Positions 50,195 through 60,421 of a stretch of DNA of 64,000 bases are shown piece after piece (within the stretch, counting starts at the first letter, position 1; each line of letters opens with the position of its first letter). Source of the stretch: an uncultured Planctomycetota bacterium (GTDB taxonomy: Bacteria > Planctomycetota > PLA2 > JAEUHO01); assembly GCA_963752285.1 (NCBI GenBank), contig CAVVXN010000005.1, positions 1,568,001 through 1,632,000 on the forward strand, read 5' to 3'. Made by a program: the position numbers and the translations under genes. The notes beneath the pieces are model-generated. The model made no database searches. It was not told the origin of the DNA and was given only the letters and a program-made list of their open reading frames with translations.

Positions 50195-53100
50195 TTGGAT
50201 CCGAACGACACCAGAACACGGCTGCAAGAGGAGCTGCGCGATCTGAGGGCCCGGGGTCCACGCGTGCGTGCCTCCGAGCTCCTCGACCGCCACCCGGATC
50301 TCCTCCCGGTCTTCCTCGAGTGGCTCGGGGGCGCACGCCAGGCGAGCCCGGTCCACGGGGGAGTCGCGCCGGTCGGCCTTCCCCCGCTGCGCGTCGTGCC
50401 GGGCGACCGCTACGAGTCGTTCTCGGTCGTGGGAAGAGGCGGGCAGGGGATCGTCTACCGAGCCACGGACATCGACCTCCAACGGGACGTCGCGTTCAAG
50501 GCCCTGCGGACCGTGGCCGCCGATCTCCCGAACGGCGCCGTGCCGGGAACTCCCTGGGACCTCCCCGCGCCGACCGGGCCCGGGGACTCGGACCTGGCTC
50601 TCACACGCGAGCGGTTCCTCCAGGAGGCCCTGATCACGGGAGGACTCTCCCACCCGGGGATCGCGCCGCTGTACGAGATCGGTCAGACGCCGCTCGGCGT
50701 TCCGTACTACACGATGCGCTTCATCAAGGGGGAGACGACGCTCCGCACGCGCATGGCCGACCTGGCCGTTGCCGGCGTCGAGGCCCGCCTCGCGTTGCTC
50801 GAGCCCTACCTCAAGGTGTGCGACACGATCGAGTACGCGCACTCCCGAGGCGTCGTGCATCGAGATCTGAAACCGGAGAACGTCGCCATCGGCCGGTACG
50901 GCGAGGTCGTCGTCCTCGACTGGGGACTGGCCGCCATGCTCCCGGAGATCGCGGCGAGCCGCAGTCACTGGCACCAGGCCGTGGAGAAGCTGAAGCGCGG
51001 CCGGGAGAACGTGGAGTCGGGCGTGCTGGGGACGCCCGGGTACATGGCCCCCGAAACGTTCAGCGGCGCGAACGAGACCCCGGGCACCTCGGGCGACGTC
51101 TATGCCCTCGGCACGATCTTGTACGAAATCCTCACCGGGCGGCACCCTCACAGCTATCGGAGCCTGGCCGAGTACGTGGAGCGGGTCACGCGGGAAGACC
51201 CCGCGCCCGCTCGCTCCGTGGACCCCGCCGTCCCCGAGGAGCTGTCTTCCCTCTCAACGCGGGCGCTGGCTCGTCATCCGGAGCGTCGGCCGTCGAGCAT
51301 CGGCGACCTGACGGCGGAGATCCGTGCGTGGCAGTCCCGGACGGCGATGGACCGGGAGGTTGGCGGTCTCCTTCGGGAGGCCCGCACCCTCTTGGACCAC
51401 GCCGAAGGGATGTCGGGCGAGGACCTTCTCCGTGAGGTGGACCGCGCGGCGGCGCCCCTGCACCAGGTGCTCCGTCTCCGCCCCGGGGAAGGGACGGCCC
51501 AGCAGGAGATGCGGCGCGCGTCGGCGCTTCGTGAACGAGCGCAGGCGGAGCACCGTGCGGCCGTGGAGCTGGCGGCGCGCCGAAGCTCCGCGGAGTCGCG
51601 TCGCCGCGCCGTGCGTAGAATCGCGTTCAGCGCGTCGCTGCTCGTCGTGGCCGCGACCGTCGTCGCCGCCCTGTACGCATCCGATCGACGGCGGGACGCC
51701 GAACGCAACGCCGCCCGCGCCGCGAGCGCAGAAGAGCAGGCGCGGACGCGACTGGGGCAGACCCTGGCGCACCTGTCCGTAGCCTACGGCCAGGAGGGTC
51801 GCCGAGCCGCCGCGCGCCTGGCCTCGGCCACGGCGCTGGAGACGCGACCTACACCGGACACCTGGCGCGCCCTGGCCTCGGCGGCGCGCTTCGCCCTTCC
51901 CACGTTCCGCGCCGTGAGCCTGAACGTGCACGTGTTGTCGCTCGCGTTCGACCCGGCGCGGGGCCTCCTGTACGCCGGGTGCGAGGACGGAGACGTGCGC
52001 GTGTGGGATCTCGGCTCCGGCGCCGAGCAGCGGGAGTTCCATGCGCACGACGATCCCGTGACGGCCCTCGCGCTGTCCCGAGACGGTAGGCATCTCTACA
52101 CGGGCGGAGCCGGGCTGATCCGCAAGTGGGACGCCGTGGACGAGAAGGTGCTGGACACCCTGGTCGGGATGCGGGGCGCTGTGCGGCGCATCCTCGTCAC
52201 GGACGGGGAGGAGGTGCTCATCGCGATCGATGGCGGTCCCACGGGGGGCCGTGGGCCGGACGGCGAGGGGAGCGAAGAGGCCGGCGAAGCGCCGACGACG
52301 AGCACGGTGCAGGTGTGGGACCTGAAGGAGCGGGACAAGCCGTGGCACATCGAGGGAGTCGAGGGATTCTCGCCGGGCGCCGTTTGCCTGGACCCGCGCG
52401 CCGGCAGCCTGCTGGTCGGAGCCGAGGGCACGGTGATCGAGTGGTCCCTTTCGGCGCGGCGCCCGATCCGGGCGTTCCACGTGGCCGTCGGCCGAGTCTC
52501 CGACCTGTGGGTCACTGCCGACGGAAGCCTCCTCTTCGTGGCGACGGAGGGCGCGGGGGACGAGCGGTTCCCCGTCGAGATCCGGGACCGCAAGACCTTC
52601 GAGGTCAGGAGCCGGGTCGGGCAGAAGGTGCTCGGCGGGTTCGACCGATTGGCTTTCGACGCCCGCGACCGGGTTCTCTACGCGAGCCGGACGCGCGGGG
52701 GCTGGATCGACGCCTGGAGCCTGCGGGCCGACGAACCCGAGGAACAGCCCGGAAGGCGAGGGAGATCTCCCGTGCTGGTCCTGCCGTCGGTCGCACGCGT
52801 GGTGGCGCGGCACGACGAGGACTCGCTCTGCGTGTACTCCGCTCGCGGCTCGCAGCGCGTTCTCGCGCAGCTTCCCGTCGGCCATGCACACGCCATCCGG
52901 AAGGCGGCCGGATCTCCCGACGGACGCCGCCTGATCACGTGGGACCACTCCGGCGTGCTGCGGACCTGGGAGTGCGAGCCTTGGCAATGCACAGCTCGGA
53001 CGTCGGGTCTGGGGGCCGTCCAGGCCCTGGCGGTCGCGCCCCTGGGGACGGATCGTGCCGCCGTGGCCCAGGCGTCTCGCGTCACCTGGATCGACACGAC

Positions 53101-55279
53101 GGTGGGAACGCCCGGGCCTTCCTTGACCCTGCCCGACGTCGTCAGCGCGCTCGCGTTCTCGCGTGACGGTACCCATCTCTACGCCACGACCTACTCCGGC
53201 TCGATCTTCATCTTGTCCCCGGGGAGCTCCACGCGCCGGGCACTCGCCGAGCTACCGGACACCGCCCTCACCGCCCTGTCCGTGTCCGCGCGGCCCTCCG
53301 GGCAACCCGGGGACCGGCTTCTGGCGGCCACGTGGAAGGCCGCGGGCGCCCAGCCCGCGTCCGCGGACGTGATCGGCTGGGACGTCCCGGGAGACGACGA
53401 CGCACCGGCGAGTCGCCGAATCCAGATCCACACCCCGCACGCGAGTCCCATCACCCAGCTGTCCTGCAGCGCCAGCGGCGCACTCGTCGCGACGGGCAGC
53501 CCGGACGGTCGGGTCGAACTCTGGAGCGGTGAGGACGGCTCGGCGCGGCCGACGCCCGTCGATGTCCGAGGTGCCCTCGATGCGATCGCCATCTCACGAG
53601 ACGGCGACTCCCTGTGCGTCGCCAGTCACCGCCCCGACGCGCGTCCGCGCGCGCACGAGGGGCCGGCTCGATCGGACCAGGCTCTCATCCGCGTCTGGAC
53701 CCTGAGAAGGCCCGAGGTCGTCCAAGGGAGGCGCGGCCCCGTGCCGCCGCCGGCCCCCGTACCCCTCGCGACCCCGATGAGCGCCGGGTCGCCTCTCGTT
53801 GCGCCCCCGGAGGCCGGTCGCCTCACGGCCGTGCTCGAGGCCCAGACGCATCAGATCCTGGCCCTCGTGCCCGCCGCGGGCGACGCGCGGATGTTCTCGA
53901 TCGGCTCGACCGACCGGGGGGAGATCCTGGAGTGGGAGCTCCGGGCGACGCCCCCACCGCTCCGAGGCCTGTCACCCGAGGTCCCGGCCGTGCTCGCCCT
54001 CGCTCTCGCGCCCGGCGGAAGGACCGTCTACGCCGGACTCGGAGACTCCGAGGTCCCCGGGACCGGAGGAGCGCGGGGCATCGCCGCGTACGACACGGCT
54101 CCGGAGGGCTCGATCGCCCTGCTGGACGACGGAGCCGACGAGCCCGGCTGCAATCGCATCGACGGGCGCGCGTTGGCTCTCTCTCCGCGAGGGGAGCGCC
54201 TGTTCTCCGGCGTCTGGCGAGCGGAACCGGGCGGAAACAGCCCGTGCTCGGCGCCGCCGGAGGAGGCCTCCGAAGGCGGTGCGTCCACGAAGGACGGACG
54301 GATCGACTGGGTCCCGCCGGAGCAGGTCGGCGCCGAGGTCAGGTCCCCGGAGGCGGAACCCCAACTGGTGGCCGCCTACCGACTCGTCAAGGTCCTGACC
54401 TTGCCGACGGGGGACGAACCCCTCCGCTACCCTCGACCGACTCCCAGCTACCTCCACGTGGACCGCCCCTACGAGGCCGTTCTCGACCTGACCGCGTCCA
54501 CCGACGGACGCCGCGTGTACGCGGCGGGGAGATCCGGAACGGTCTACGAGTACGACGTCGAGAAGCTCAGTCTGCTGCGCCGCTTCCGCGGCGGAGACGC
54601 CCCCGCCTCCGCGATCGCGATCGCCCCCGACGCGGCGCTGCCCGAGCTTCGACGACTGTACGTGGGCGATCGGGACGGCCTGGTCCGCGTGTGGGACCTT
54701 CGAGGAGACGGTCGCCTCGAGTTCACCTTCCGCGCCCACGACACGGGGATCGGGGCCCTTCTGGTCTCGTGCGACGGCCGCTGTCTCTACTCGGCAGCCG
54801 GCACCCGGGGCATCGCCGACGAACGCAGCCAGATGCTCATGCGACCGGACACGACGGTCCGACGTTGGGACGCCGCAGCGCACCAGCTGATCGGCACGTT
54901 CTCGGGTCACGAGGACTCGATCACCTGTCTCGCGATCCAAGGCGGAACCCTGTACTCGGGGAGCCTCGACGGCACGGTCCGCGTGTGGGACATCGCGAAG
55001 GAGGAACTCGAGGCCGTCTTGGACACGGGTGGGGCGAGCGTGAGGAGCCTCGCGATCGCTCCCGGAGGGGCGAGGCTGTTCTGTGGCACCGAAGAGCAGG
55101 GCCTGCTCGAATTCGATCTCCGGTACTTCCTCGAGCCGCCCGCGGTCCGCGTACGGAGCATCGAGGGATCGACTGGGCTGCGGATGGATCGCGAGCTTCT
55201 CGGAGTGCGACGCGTGCTGAGGGACAACCTCAGCGTCGCCCCCGCTCAGCCGTCGGCCCATCCGGAGGAGGGCCGTTGA
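50195..55279 (+). CDS. Ser/Thr protein kinase with C-terminal WD40 beta-propellers
   Basis: GRGGQGIVY, VAFK, HRDLKPEN, DWG, GTPGYMAPE, DVYALG; hydrophobic segment; many GH...WD repeats. Confidence 0.92.
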   Translation: MDPNDTRTRLQEELRDLRARGPRVRASELLDRHPDLLPVFLEWLGGARQASPVHGGVAPVGLPPLRVVPGDRYESFSVVGRGGQGIVYRATDIDLQRDVAFKALRTVAADLPNGAVPGTPWDLPAPTGPGDSDLALTRERFLQEALITGGLSHPGIAPLYEIGQTPLGVPYYTMRFIKGETTLRTRMADLAVAGVEARLALLEPYLKVCDTIEYAHSRGVVHRDLKPENVAIGRYGEVVVLDWGLAAMLPEIAASRSHWHQAVEKLKRGRENVESGVLGTPGYMAPETFSGANETPGTSGDVYALGTILYEILTGRHPHSYRSLAEYVERVTREDPAPARSVDPAVPEELSSLSTRALARHPERRPSSIGDLTAEIRAWQSRTAMDREVGGLLREARTLLDHAEGMSGEDLLREVDRAAAPLHQVLRLRPGEGTAQQEMRRASALRERAQAEHRAAVELAARRSSAESRRRAVRRIAFSASLLVVAATVVAALYASDRRRDAERNAARAASAEEQARTRLGQTLAHLSVAYGQEGRRAAARLASATALETRPTPDTWRALASAARFALPTFRAVSLNVHVLSLAFDPARGLLYAGCEDGDVRVWDLGSGAEQREFHAHDDPVTALALSRDGRHLYTGGAGLIRKWDAVDEKVLDTLVGMRGAVRRILVTDGEEVLIAIDGGPTGGRGPDGEGSEEAGEAPTTSTVQVWDLKERDKPWHIEGVEGFSPGAVCLDPRAGSLLVGAEGTVIEWSLSARRPIRAFHVAVGRVSDLWVTADGSLLFVATEGAGDERFPVEIRDRKTFEVRSRVGQKVLGGFDRLAFDARDRVLYASRTRGGWIDAWSLRADEPEEQPGRRGRSPVLVLPSVARVVARHDEDSLCVYSARGSQRVLAQLPVGHAHAIRKAAGSPDGRRLITWDHSGVLRTWECEPWQCTARTSGLGAVQALAVAPLGTDRAAVAQASRVTWIDTTVGTPGPSLTLPDVVSALAFSRDGTHLYATTYSGSIFILSPGSSTRRALAELPDTALTALSVSARPSGQPGDRLLAATWKAAGAQPASADVIGWDVPGDDDAPASRRIQIHTPHASPITQLSCSASGALVATGSPDGRVELWSGEDGSARPTPVDVRGALDAIAISRDGDSLCVASHRPDARPRAHEGPARSDQALIRVWTLRRPEVVQGRRGPVPPPAPVPLATPMSAGSPLVAPPEAGRLTAVLEAQTHQILALVPAAGDARMFSIGSTDRGEILEWELRATPPPLRGLSPEVPAVLALALAPGGRTVYAGLGDSEVPGTGGARGIAAYDTAPEGSIALLDDGADEPGCNRIDGRALALSPRGERLFSGVWRAEPGGNSPCSAPPEEASEGGASTKDGRIDWVPPEQVGAEVRSPEAEPQLVAAYRLVKVLTLPTGDEPLRYPRPTPSYLHVDRPYEAVLDLTASTDGRRVYAAGRSGTVYEYDVEKLSLLRRFRGGDAPASAIAIAPDAALPELRRLYVGDRDGLVRVWDLRGDGRLEFTFRAHDTGIGALLVSCDGRCLYSAAGTRGIADERSQMLMRPDTTVRRWDAAAHQLIGTFSGHEDSITCLAIQGGTLYSGSLDGTVRVWDIAKEELEAVLDTGGASVRSLAIAPGGARLFCGTEEQGLLEFDLRYFLEPPAVRVRSIEGSTGLRMDRELLGVRRVLRDNLSVAPAQPSAHPEEGR

Positions 55280-55280
55280 C

Positions 55281-56492
55281 GTGAGCCGAGGGCCGCGAGG
55301 GATTCTGGCCGCGCTGCTGCTGTTGTCGTTTCTGGGTCCGGGCTGCCAGCCGGAGGGGTCGAGCGACTCGCCGAGTCTCGACGTGCTGGCGGACGTCTTG
55401 ACGAGCGGATCCCCCGCGGACCGACGATGGGCGGCGTGCCAGATCGCCGCCAGGGCCCCTCGAGCCCTGGGACCTCGGGGACGTGTCGTGCGGCGTGCGC
55501 TGATCTCGGTCCTCGGGCGCGCGGACGACGACCCGGACGTCCGGGTCCACGCGGTGCTCGCGCTCGGGGCCTGCGCACGGGGAGACTCGGAAGCCGTCGA
55601 TGCGCTCTTCGCGCATCAGATCGACGCCACCCCGAGCGTCGCGGCCATGGCGACACGGGCCATCGGCATGCTGGGGCTCCCGCGCGAACGGGCGGACACG
55701 ATGTTCCTGGATCCCGTTCCGGACGCCGGGGGGCAGGAGGGGCGGCTCGAGTGGGTTGCGACCCACGTTGCCCAGCCTTCCGAGGCCCCGGGGGAGCTGC
55801 GCGTCACCTTCGCCTGGCGGCTGGTGCGACGACTCCGCCCCGGTCAGGCCGCCGCCCCGGGCGGCGGGGCCGCGGGGTGGATCTGGGTCGCGAGTCCGGC
55901 CGCGCCCCTGCCCGGAACCTCGTTGACCTGGCGAGAGACGCTGTCGGTGGCCCAGCAGGAGGCGCGGAGAGACGGGAAGCTCCTGCTCGTCGCCTCCCGA
56001 CAGCCTGGGTGCGGGCTCTGCGAGCGGCTGCCGCGCGAGGTGGCGGAGACGCTGGCTCTCCAGATCCAGTCGATGGCGGTCTGCTACATGCTGGACGCAC
56101 GGAATCCGGAGGCTCCGGCGGTCTGGCAGATGCTGAGGGCGTACCTCCCCCGGGCGCGCCTGATGCCGCTGGTGGGCATCCTCTCGCCGGACCTCCAGTG
56201 GATCACCGGATTCGGAGGACCACCCAGCGTGGAAAAGCTCCGGAGCGCGCTCGAGCAAGCCCAGCGGCTTCGACCGCGGCCGGGGCCGCGTCGACCCACC
56301 CTGGACGATTGGATCCGCCGCCACCTGGCGAGTCGTGACGCACCTCCGTTCCGCGCGGTCGGCACGGACGAGGCGGAGTTCGCTCCCTACGTGGGTCAGA
56401 CCTGGCAACTCGTCGCAAAGCTGGGCCGCCGGGGCATCGGGGTGTCGTGGACGAAGGCAGAGACCGGCGCAGCGGCGCCCCCCCCGAAGTGA
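55281..56492 (+). CDS. Lipoprotein with HEAT-like repeats and a thioredoxin-like domain
   Basis: Lipobox-like LGPGC; DDDPDVRVHAVLALG; W...L..A...GKLLLV...CGLC. Confidence 0.7.
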   Translation: MSRGPRGILAALLLLSFLGPGCQPEGSSDSPSLDVLADVLTSGSPADRRWAACQIAARAPRALGPRGRVVRRALISVLGRADDDPDVRVHAVLALGACARGDSEAVDALFAHQIDATPSVAAMATRAIGMLGLPRERADTMFLDPVPDAGGQEGRLEWVATHVAQPSEAPGELRVTFAWRLVRRLRPGQAAAPGGGAAGWIWVASPAAPLPGTSLTWRETLSVAQQEARRDGKLLLVASRQPGCGLCERLPREVAETLALQIQSMAVCYMLDARNPEAPAVWQMLRAYLPRARLMPLVGILSPDLQWITGFGGPPSVEKLRSALEQAQRLRPRPGPRRPTLDDWIRRHLASRDAPPFRAVGTDEAEFAPYVGQTWQLVAKLGRRGIGVSWTKAETGAAAPPPK

Positions 56493-56585
56493 GGCGGGCC
56501 GGACGCCGGCCCGGGCCGCGACCCGATGTCCACGGCATCGGACGACCCGCGAATGCGGCTCGCGCGATCGCCACTGTCCTTCGCC

Positions 56586-57200
56586 TCACTTCGCCCGGCG
56601 GTAGCGGAGCTCCATGATCTTCTGCTCCGTCTCCTCGCCGGCGCCCTCCTTCGTGCCCGGCTGGGGCATCGTCCAGTACGCCTCCACCGTCCACTCGTCC
56701 GGGCTCAGCTTCGTCAACACGTCGCGCTCGGGCGTCGGGCCCCACGGCGTGGGCACGGTGCCCGTGAGGGTCACGACGTCGCCCTCCCGCGTCCCGTTCG
56801 TGAACGACTGGTTCGTGCTCATGCCGTCGATCCACAGGCTCTCGTATCGCTTCGTCACGTTGTCGTAGCCGACGGTGCTCTCGCCGTGGAAGGGCTGCCC
56901 CTCCGCCTCACCGCTGTACTCGAGACGGATGTAGTGCTTGTCGAGGATCCAGTGGCACTCGGCGGTCCCGGTGGACGTCTGCGGCTCACCGGGTCCCTGC
57001 CAGAACTTCACCTCGGTCTGCCAGGAGCCCGTCATGAAGTCGAGCCACGCGTGGTTCTCGCCCACCCGGCCCATCTCCGCGTACCACGCGCGAGCGGCCG
57101 CCGCCGGATCGCCCGGCTCGTCCTTCGACGACGCGGACAGCGCGAGGAACCCGACCAGCACCACGACCAGTCCGACCGACCCGAACCCACGCCCGCTCAT
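56586..57200 (-). CDS. DUF1579 family exported protein
   Basis: GENHAWL..MTGSW, GYDNVTKRYES.WIDGMST, KIMELRYRR; SD GAGGAGG before ATG at 57200. Confidence 0.85.
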   Translation of the reverse strand: MSGRGFGSVGLVVVLVGFLALSASSKDEPGDPAAAARAWYAEMGRVGENHAWLDFMTGSWQTEVKFWQGPGEPQTSTGTAECHWILDKHYIRLEYSGEAEGQPFHGESTVGYDNVTKRYESLWIDGMSTNQSFTNGTREGDVVTLTGTVPTPWGPTPERDVLTKLSPDEWTVEAYWTMPQPGTKEGAGEETEQKIMELRYRRAK

Positions 57201-57453
57201 CGCATCCTCCTCTGTCGATCCGACCACCTCTACGGCGGGTCCCGGAGCATACCGTCGGACCTGCGTCCGCGGGCGGCACGTCGCGGGCCCGACACCCCGG
57301 GCCGCCCGGACGAACGTGCCCCGAAGAGCTCCGCGGGTCCGCGGCGGCGAAAGGCAGAGGCCCCGGGAGGGAGCGTCGGAGCGCCCCGGCGGGACCTGGG
57401 GGGCCGCCGGGGCGCGGGCGGGGACGAGCGGGGGGCCGGACGGGCCCCGGCGC

Positions 57454-60156
57454 TCAGTAGACGACGATCTGGACCGTGTGGGTGGTGCTCCCCGCCGCGT
57501 TCGTGGCCGTGACGACGTAGCCGCTGAACCCTGCGGTGACGGTCGGGGTGCCGGAGATCACGCCCGTGGACGTGTTGAGGGTCAGCCCCGCGGGCAGCGC
57601 CGGAGAGACCGAGTAGCTCGCCACGGCTCCGCCCGAGGACGACGGCTGCATGCTCGCGATCGGGGTGTTGATGTACGCGACGTTCGGGTCGTTCGTGTAG
57701 CTCAGGTTCGACGGCGCGCCCAGCACGATCGTCACGTGCACCGTGGCCATGGTCGAGCCCGCGGCGTTCGACGCCGTGACGATGTGGTCGGCTCCGGCCG
57801 TCACCGTCGTCGGGGTGCCGGAGATCACGCCGGTGGCGGTGCTGAACGTGAGCCCCGCCGGAAGGGCTGGCGAGATCGACCACGTGGCAACCGCGCCGCC
57901 CCCCACGGTCGGCGCGCTCGGCGAGATCGCGCTTCCGGTCGGGTACGAGACGGGCGTCGCGTACGAGAGCCCGCTCGGGGGCTGGAGACCCTGCGACACC
58001 GTGATGTTCACCGTGAACGTCGTGGACCCCGCGCTGTTGCTCGCGGTCACCACGTACCCGGCCGCTGCGGTGGCCGTCGTCGGCGTGCCGCTGATCGACC
58101 CGGTGGACGTGTCGAGGGTGAGTCCGGCGGGGAGGGAGGGGGAGACGGAGTAGCCCGACACGGTCCCTCCCGAGTGCGTGGCGACGTTCGGCGTGATCGC
58201 GACTCCGGCGGTGTAGGTGACCGGCGAGGCGTAAGCCAGACTCGTCGGCGGGATCGCCTGGACAGCGATGTTCACGACGGCGTCCGTCGAGCCGGCCGCG
58301 TTCTGCGCGGTCACCGTGTAGTCCGCGGCCGCGCTCGGCGCGGTCGGCGTACCCGAGACGACGCCGGTGACCGGGTCGAGCACGAGCCCCGTCGGAAGGG
58401 GCGGCGCGACGGAGTACGCGGCCACGGCCCCGCCGACGCTCGACGGGACGTTGCTCGAGATCGCCGACTGCTCCGTGTAGACGACCGGCGTGTCGTAGAG
58501 CAGCCCGGCCGGGGGAAGGTCCTCGGTGCGGATCTGCATCTGGCCCCGCGCGAGGCCGAGCGGCGCGACGGCGGTCTCGACATCCGCGTAGAAACGTGGG
58601 GCTGCAGCAAGGAGGCGGGAGAACGTGCGGCCCGTGAAAGAGGTGTCGCCCGTGATGAAACGTTCGGTCACCGCCACGTTCTCGCCGCCAAGGAGGTCGA
58701 TCAGCGCCGGCCCGTCGGATGCGGGCGCGCCGTCGTGGACGTGCGCGGCCGTGACGAGCGTGGCCGACGGATTCGAGATGTCGAAGGTGAACGAGCACCG
58801 GAAGATGTCGGTCACGACGAGGTTCAGGGAGCCGGCGGCGGTCGGGTCCACGACCGTCGTCTCCTCGGAGCCGTCGAGCACGGCGAAGAACGTGACGGGG
58901 CTCTGGGAGAGCTGGCCCCGCGCGATCCCGGCCGGGTCGGCGGTCGTGTGGAAGTTCACGTAGAACGCGGCGGGATCGGCCAGGATCCGGGTGTAGAGGT
59001 CCTGGTCGCAGGCGACCGTGCCCTCGGCGGAGAACGAGGGGCCGCTCGCGACGAAGTCGCTCCCGGACATGAGGTCGATCACCGGCGCCCCGTCCACGCC
59101 CGCGCCACCCTCGTGGACGTGCGCCTGGACGATGCTCACGATGTTCTGCGCGGGCGGCACGGCCATGTGGACCGTGCCCTCCGTGAACGAGTGGAGCGCG
59201 AGCGTGACGCCGCCCGTCGCAACGGGGTCGCTCGGTGGCGTCGTCTCCTCCTCCGCCGAGAGGTGGGACCACACGTGGAGCTCGCCGTCGGTGAGCTGGC
59301 CGCGGGCGACGCCGAGCGGCAAGCTGGCCGTGTGCACGTTGGCGTAGAAGTCGGGCAGGTCCACGGCGAGACGGGCGATCGTGTCGAGACCCAGGGAGAC
59401 GGAGCCCTGGAGGAGCCCGGTCACGGGATCGCGGGTCGCGCCGGCCACCGCGAGGTCCACCACAACGGGCCCGTCCACGCCGACGGGGCCCGCGTGGATG
59501 TGCGCCAGGGTCAGCGTGTCGCTCGCTGGCGACCGCATGGCGATTCGCCACTCGAGCGTTCCGTCCGCCCCGAGGTGTCCCGTGAACGCCCCGCGCGCGG
59601 CGGGATCCCCCATCGCCGTCTCGTCGGCGCCGAGGAGGAGGGCGTGGAGATCGAGACCGGCCAGGGGGGCGAGCTGCGCGCGCACGAGCCCGCCGGGAGC
59701 CGCGGAGGTGGTGATCTCCGCATAGAACGCATCGGGCGCAGCGGCGATCTCGCCGGCCACGGAGGCCGAGATCGTGACCTGTCCCGCGGCGGCGTGGGTC
59801 ACGGGGTCGAACGACGCGCCGCCCGAGAGAAGGTCGGCGATCAGGGCTCCGTCCACGCCCGCGTCGCCGCGGTGAAGCGTCGCCCCCGTGATGCCGGGGC
59901 CCCACGTGGCCTGGGCGCCCGCGCCGAAGAGGACCTTGCCATCGCTCTCGACCTCGAGCGCGAGCGCGCCGCGCGCGTTGGCGTCCACGACCGGGCTCTC
60001 CTCGGTGCCGAGGAGGATCGCCTGGAGGCGCGCGAGGGTCGTGGGGGTCGGCGGGGGGACGACCGGCGTCCCGCCACCGCCGCCGCCCCCGCAACCGGCC
60101 AGGAGGAGGAGCAGGACGCAAGGGACGTGGGGCGAACGGAGGGCGGCGGAGCGCAT
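57454..60156 (-). CDS. Lipoprotein with 4 CHRD domains and 4 putative Ig (He_PIG) domains
   Basis: Lipobox LLAGC; four L.G.EE...AH.H.G..G.DG...FY.N.HT...G..RGQL units; four LP.GL....TG.ISGTPT...VTA.N.AGS units. Confidence 0.88.
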   Translation of the reverse strand: MRSAALRSPHVPCVLLLLLAGCGGGGGGGTPVVPPPTPTTLARLQAILLGTEESPVVDANARGALALEVESDGKVLFGAGAQATWGPGITGATLHRGDAGVDGALIADLLSGGASFDPVTHAAAGQVTISASVAGEIAAAPDAFYAEITTSAAPGGLVRAQLAPLAGLDLHALLLGADETAMGDPAARGAFTGHLGADGTLEWRIAMRSPASDTLTLAHIHAGPVGVDGPVVVDLAVAGATRDPVTGLLQGSVSLGLDTIARLAVDLPDFYANVHTASLPLGVARGQLTDGELHVWSHLSAEEETTPPSDPVATGGVTLALHSFTEGTVHMAVPPAQNIVSIVQAHVHEGGAGVDGAPVIDLMSGSDFVASGPSFSAEGTVACDQDLYTRILADPAAFYVNFHTTADPAGIARGQLSQSPVTFFAVLDGSEETTVVDPTAAGSLNLVVTDIFRCSFTFDISNPSATLVTAAHVHDGAPASDGPALIDLLGGENVAVTERFITGDTSFTGRTFSRLLAAAPRFYADVETAVAPLGLARGQMQIRTEDLPPAGLLYDTPVVYTEQSAISSNVPSSVGGAVAAYSVAPPLPTGLVLDPVTGVVSGTPTAPSAAADYTVTAQNAAGSTDAVVNIAVQAIPPTSLAYASPVTYTAGVAITPNVATHSGGTVSGYSVSPSLPAGLTLDTSTGSISGTPTTATAAAGYVVTASNSAGSTTFTVNITVSQGLQPPSGLSYATPVSYPTGSAISPSAPTVGGGAVATWSISPALPAGLTFSTATGVISGTPTTVTAGADHIVTASNAAGSTMATVHVTIVLGAPSNLSYTNDPNVAYINTPIASMQPSSSGGAVASYSVSPALPAGLTLNTSTGVISGTPTVTAGFSGYVVTATNAAGSTTHTVQIVVY

Positions 60157-60239
60157 GGGCGAGGACCTTTCCCGCGACGCATCGCGGAGGCGCCCCCTGC
60201 TTGCCGCACGCTCGGCCCCGGGCCCTGCCCCGGGCCCCA

Positions 60240-60268
60240 GCATTGCATACGCAATGCGGCCGCAATGC
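60240..60268. promoter_or_regulatory. Palindromic operator GCATTGC-ATAC-GCAATGC plus a third half-site
   Basis: Perfect 7-bp inverted repeat at 60240-60257, extra GCAATGC at 60262-60268, between the divergent CHRD and MarR genes. Confidence 0.55.
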
Positions 60269-60421
60269 AACCGCATCGATCGTCGGCTGTCAAGCGCCGA
60301 TGCGCGGCGCAGTCGGGGTCGAAGTCCCGGGTCGCGACGGATGGGCAAAGCGGCCCGATCCCCGAGTCCTTCGGCCCCCACCGTGTTGACAGGCCGTGGC
60401 AGCACGGCTATCCGGGACGCC

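Noticed and set aside
57454..58510. DNA-level direct repeats of about 250 bp
   Set aside because: Explained by the four tandem Ig domains of the CHRD protein
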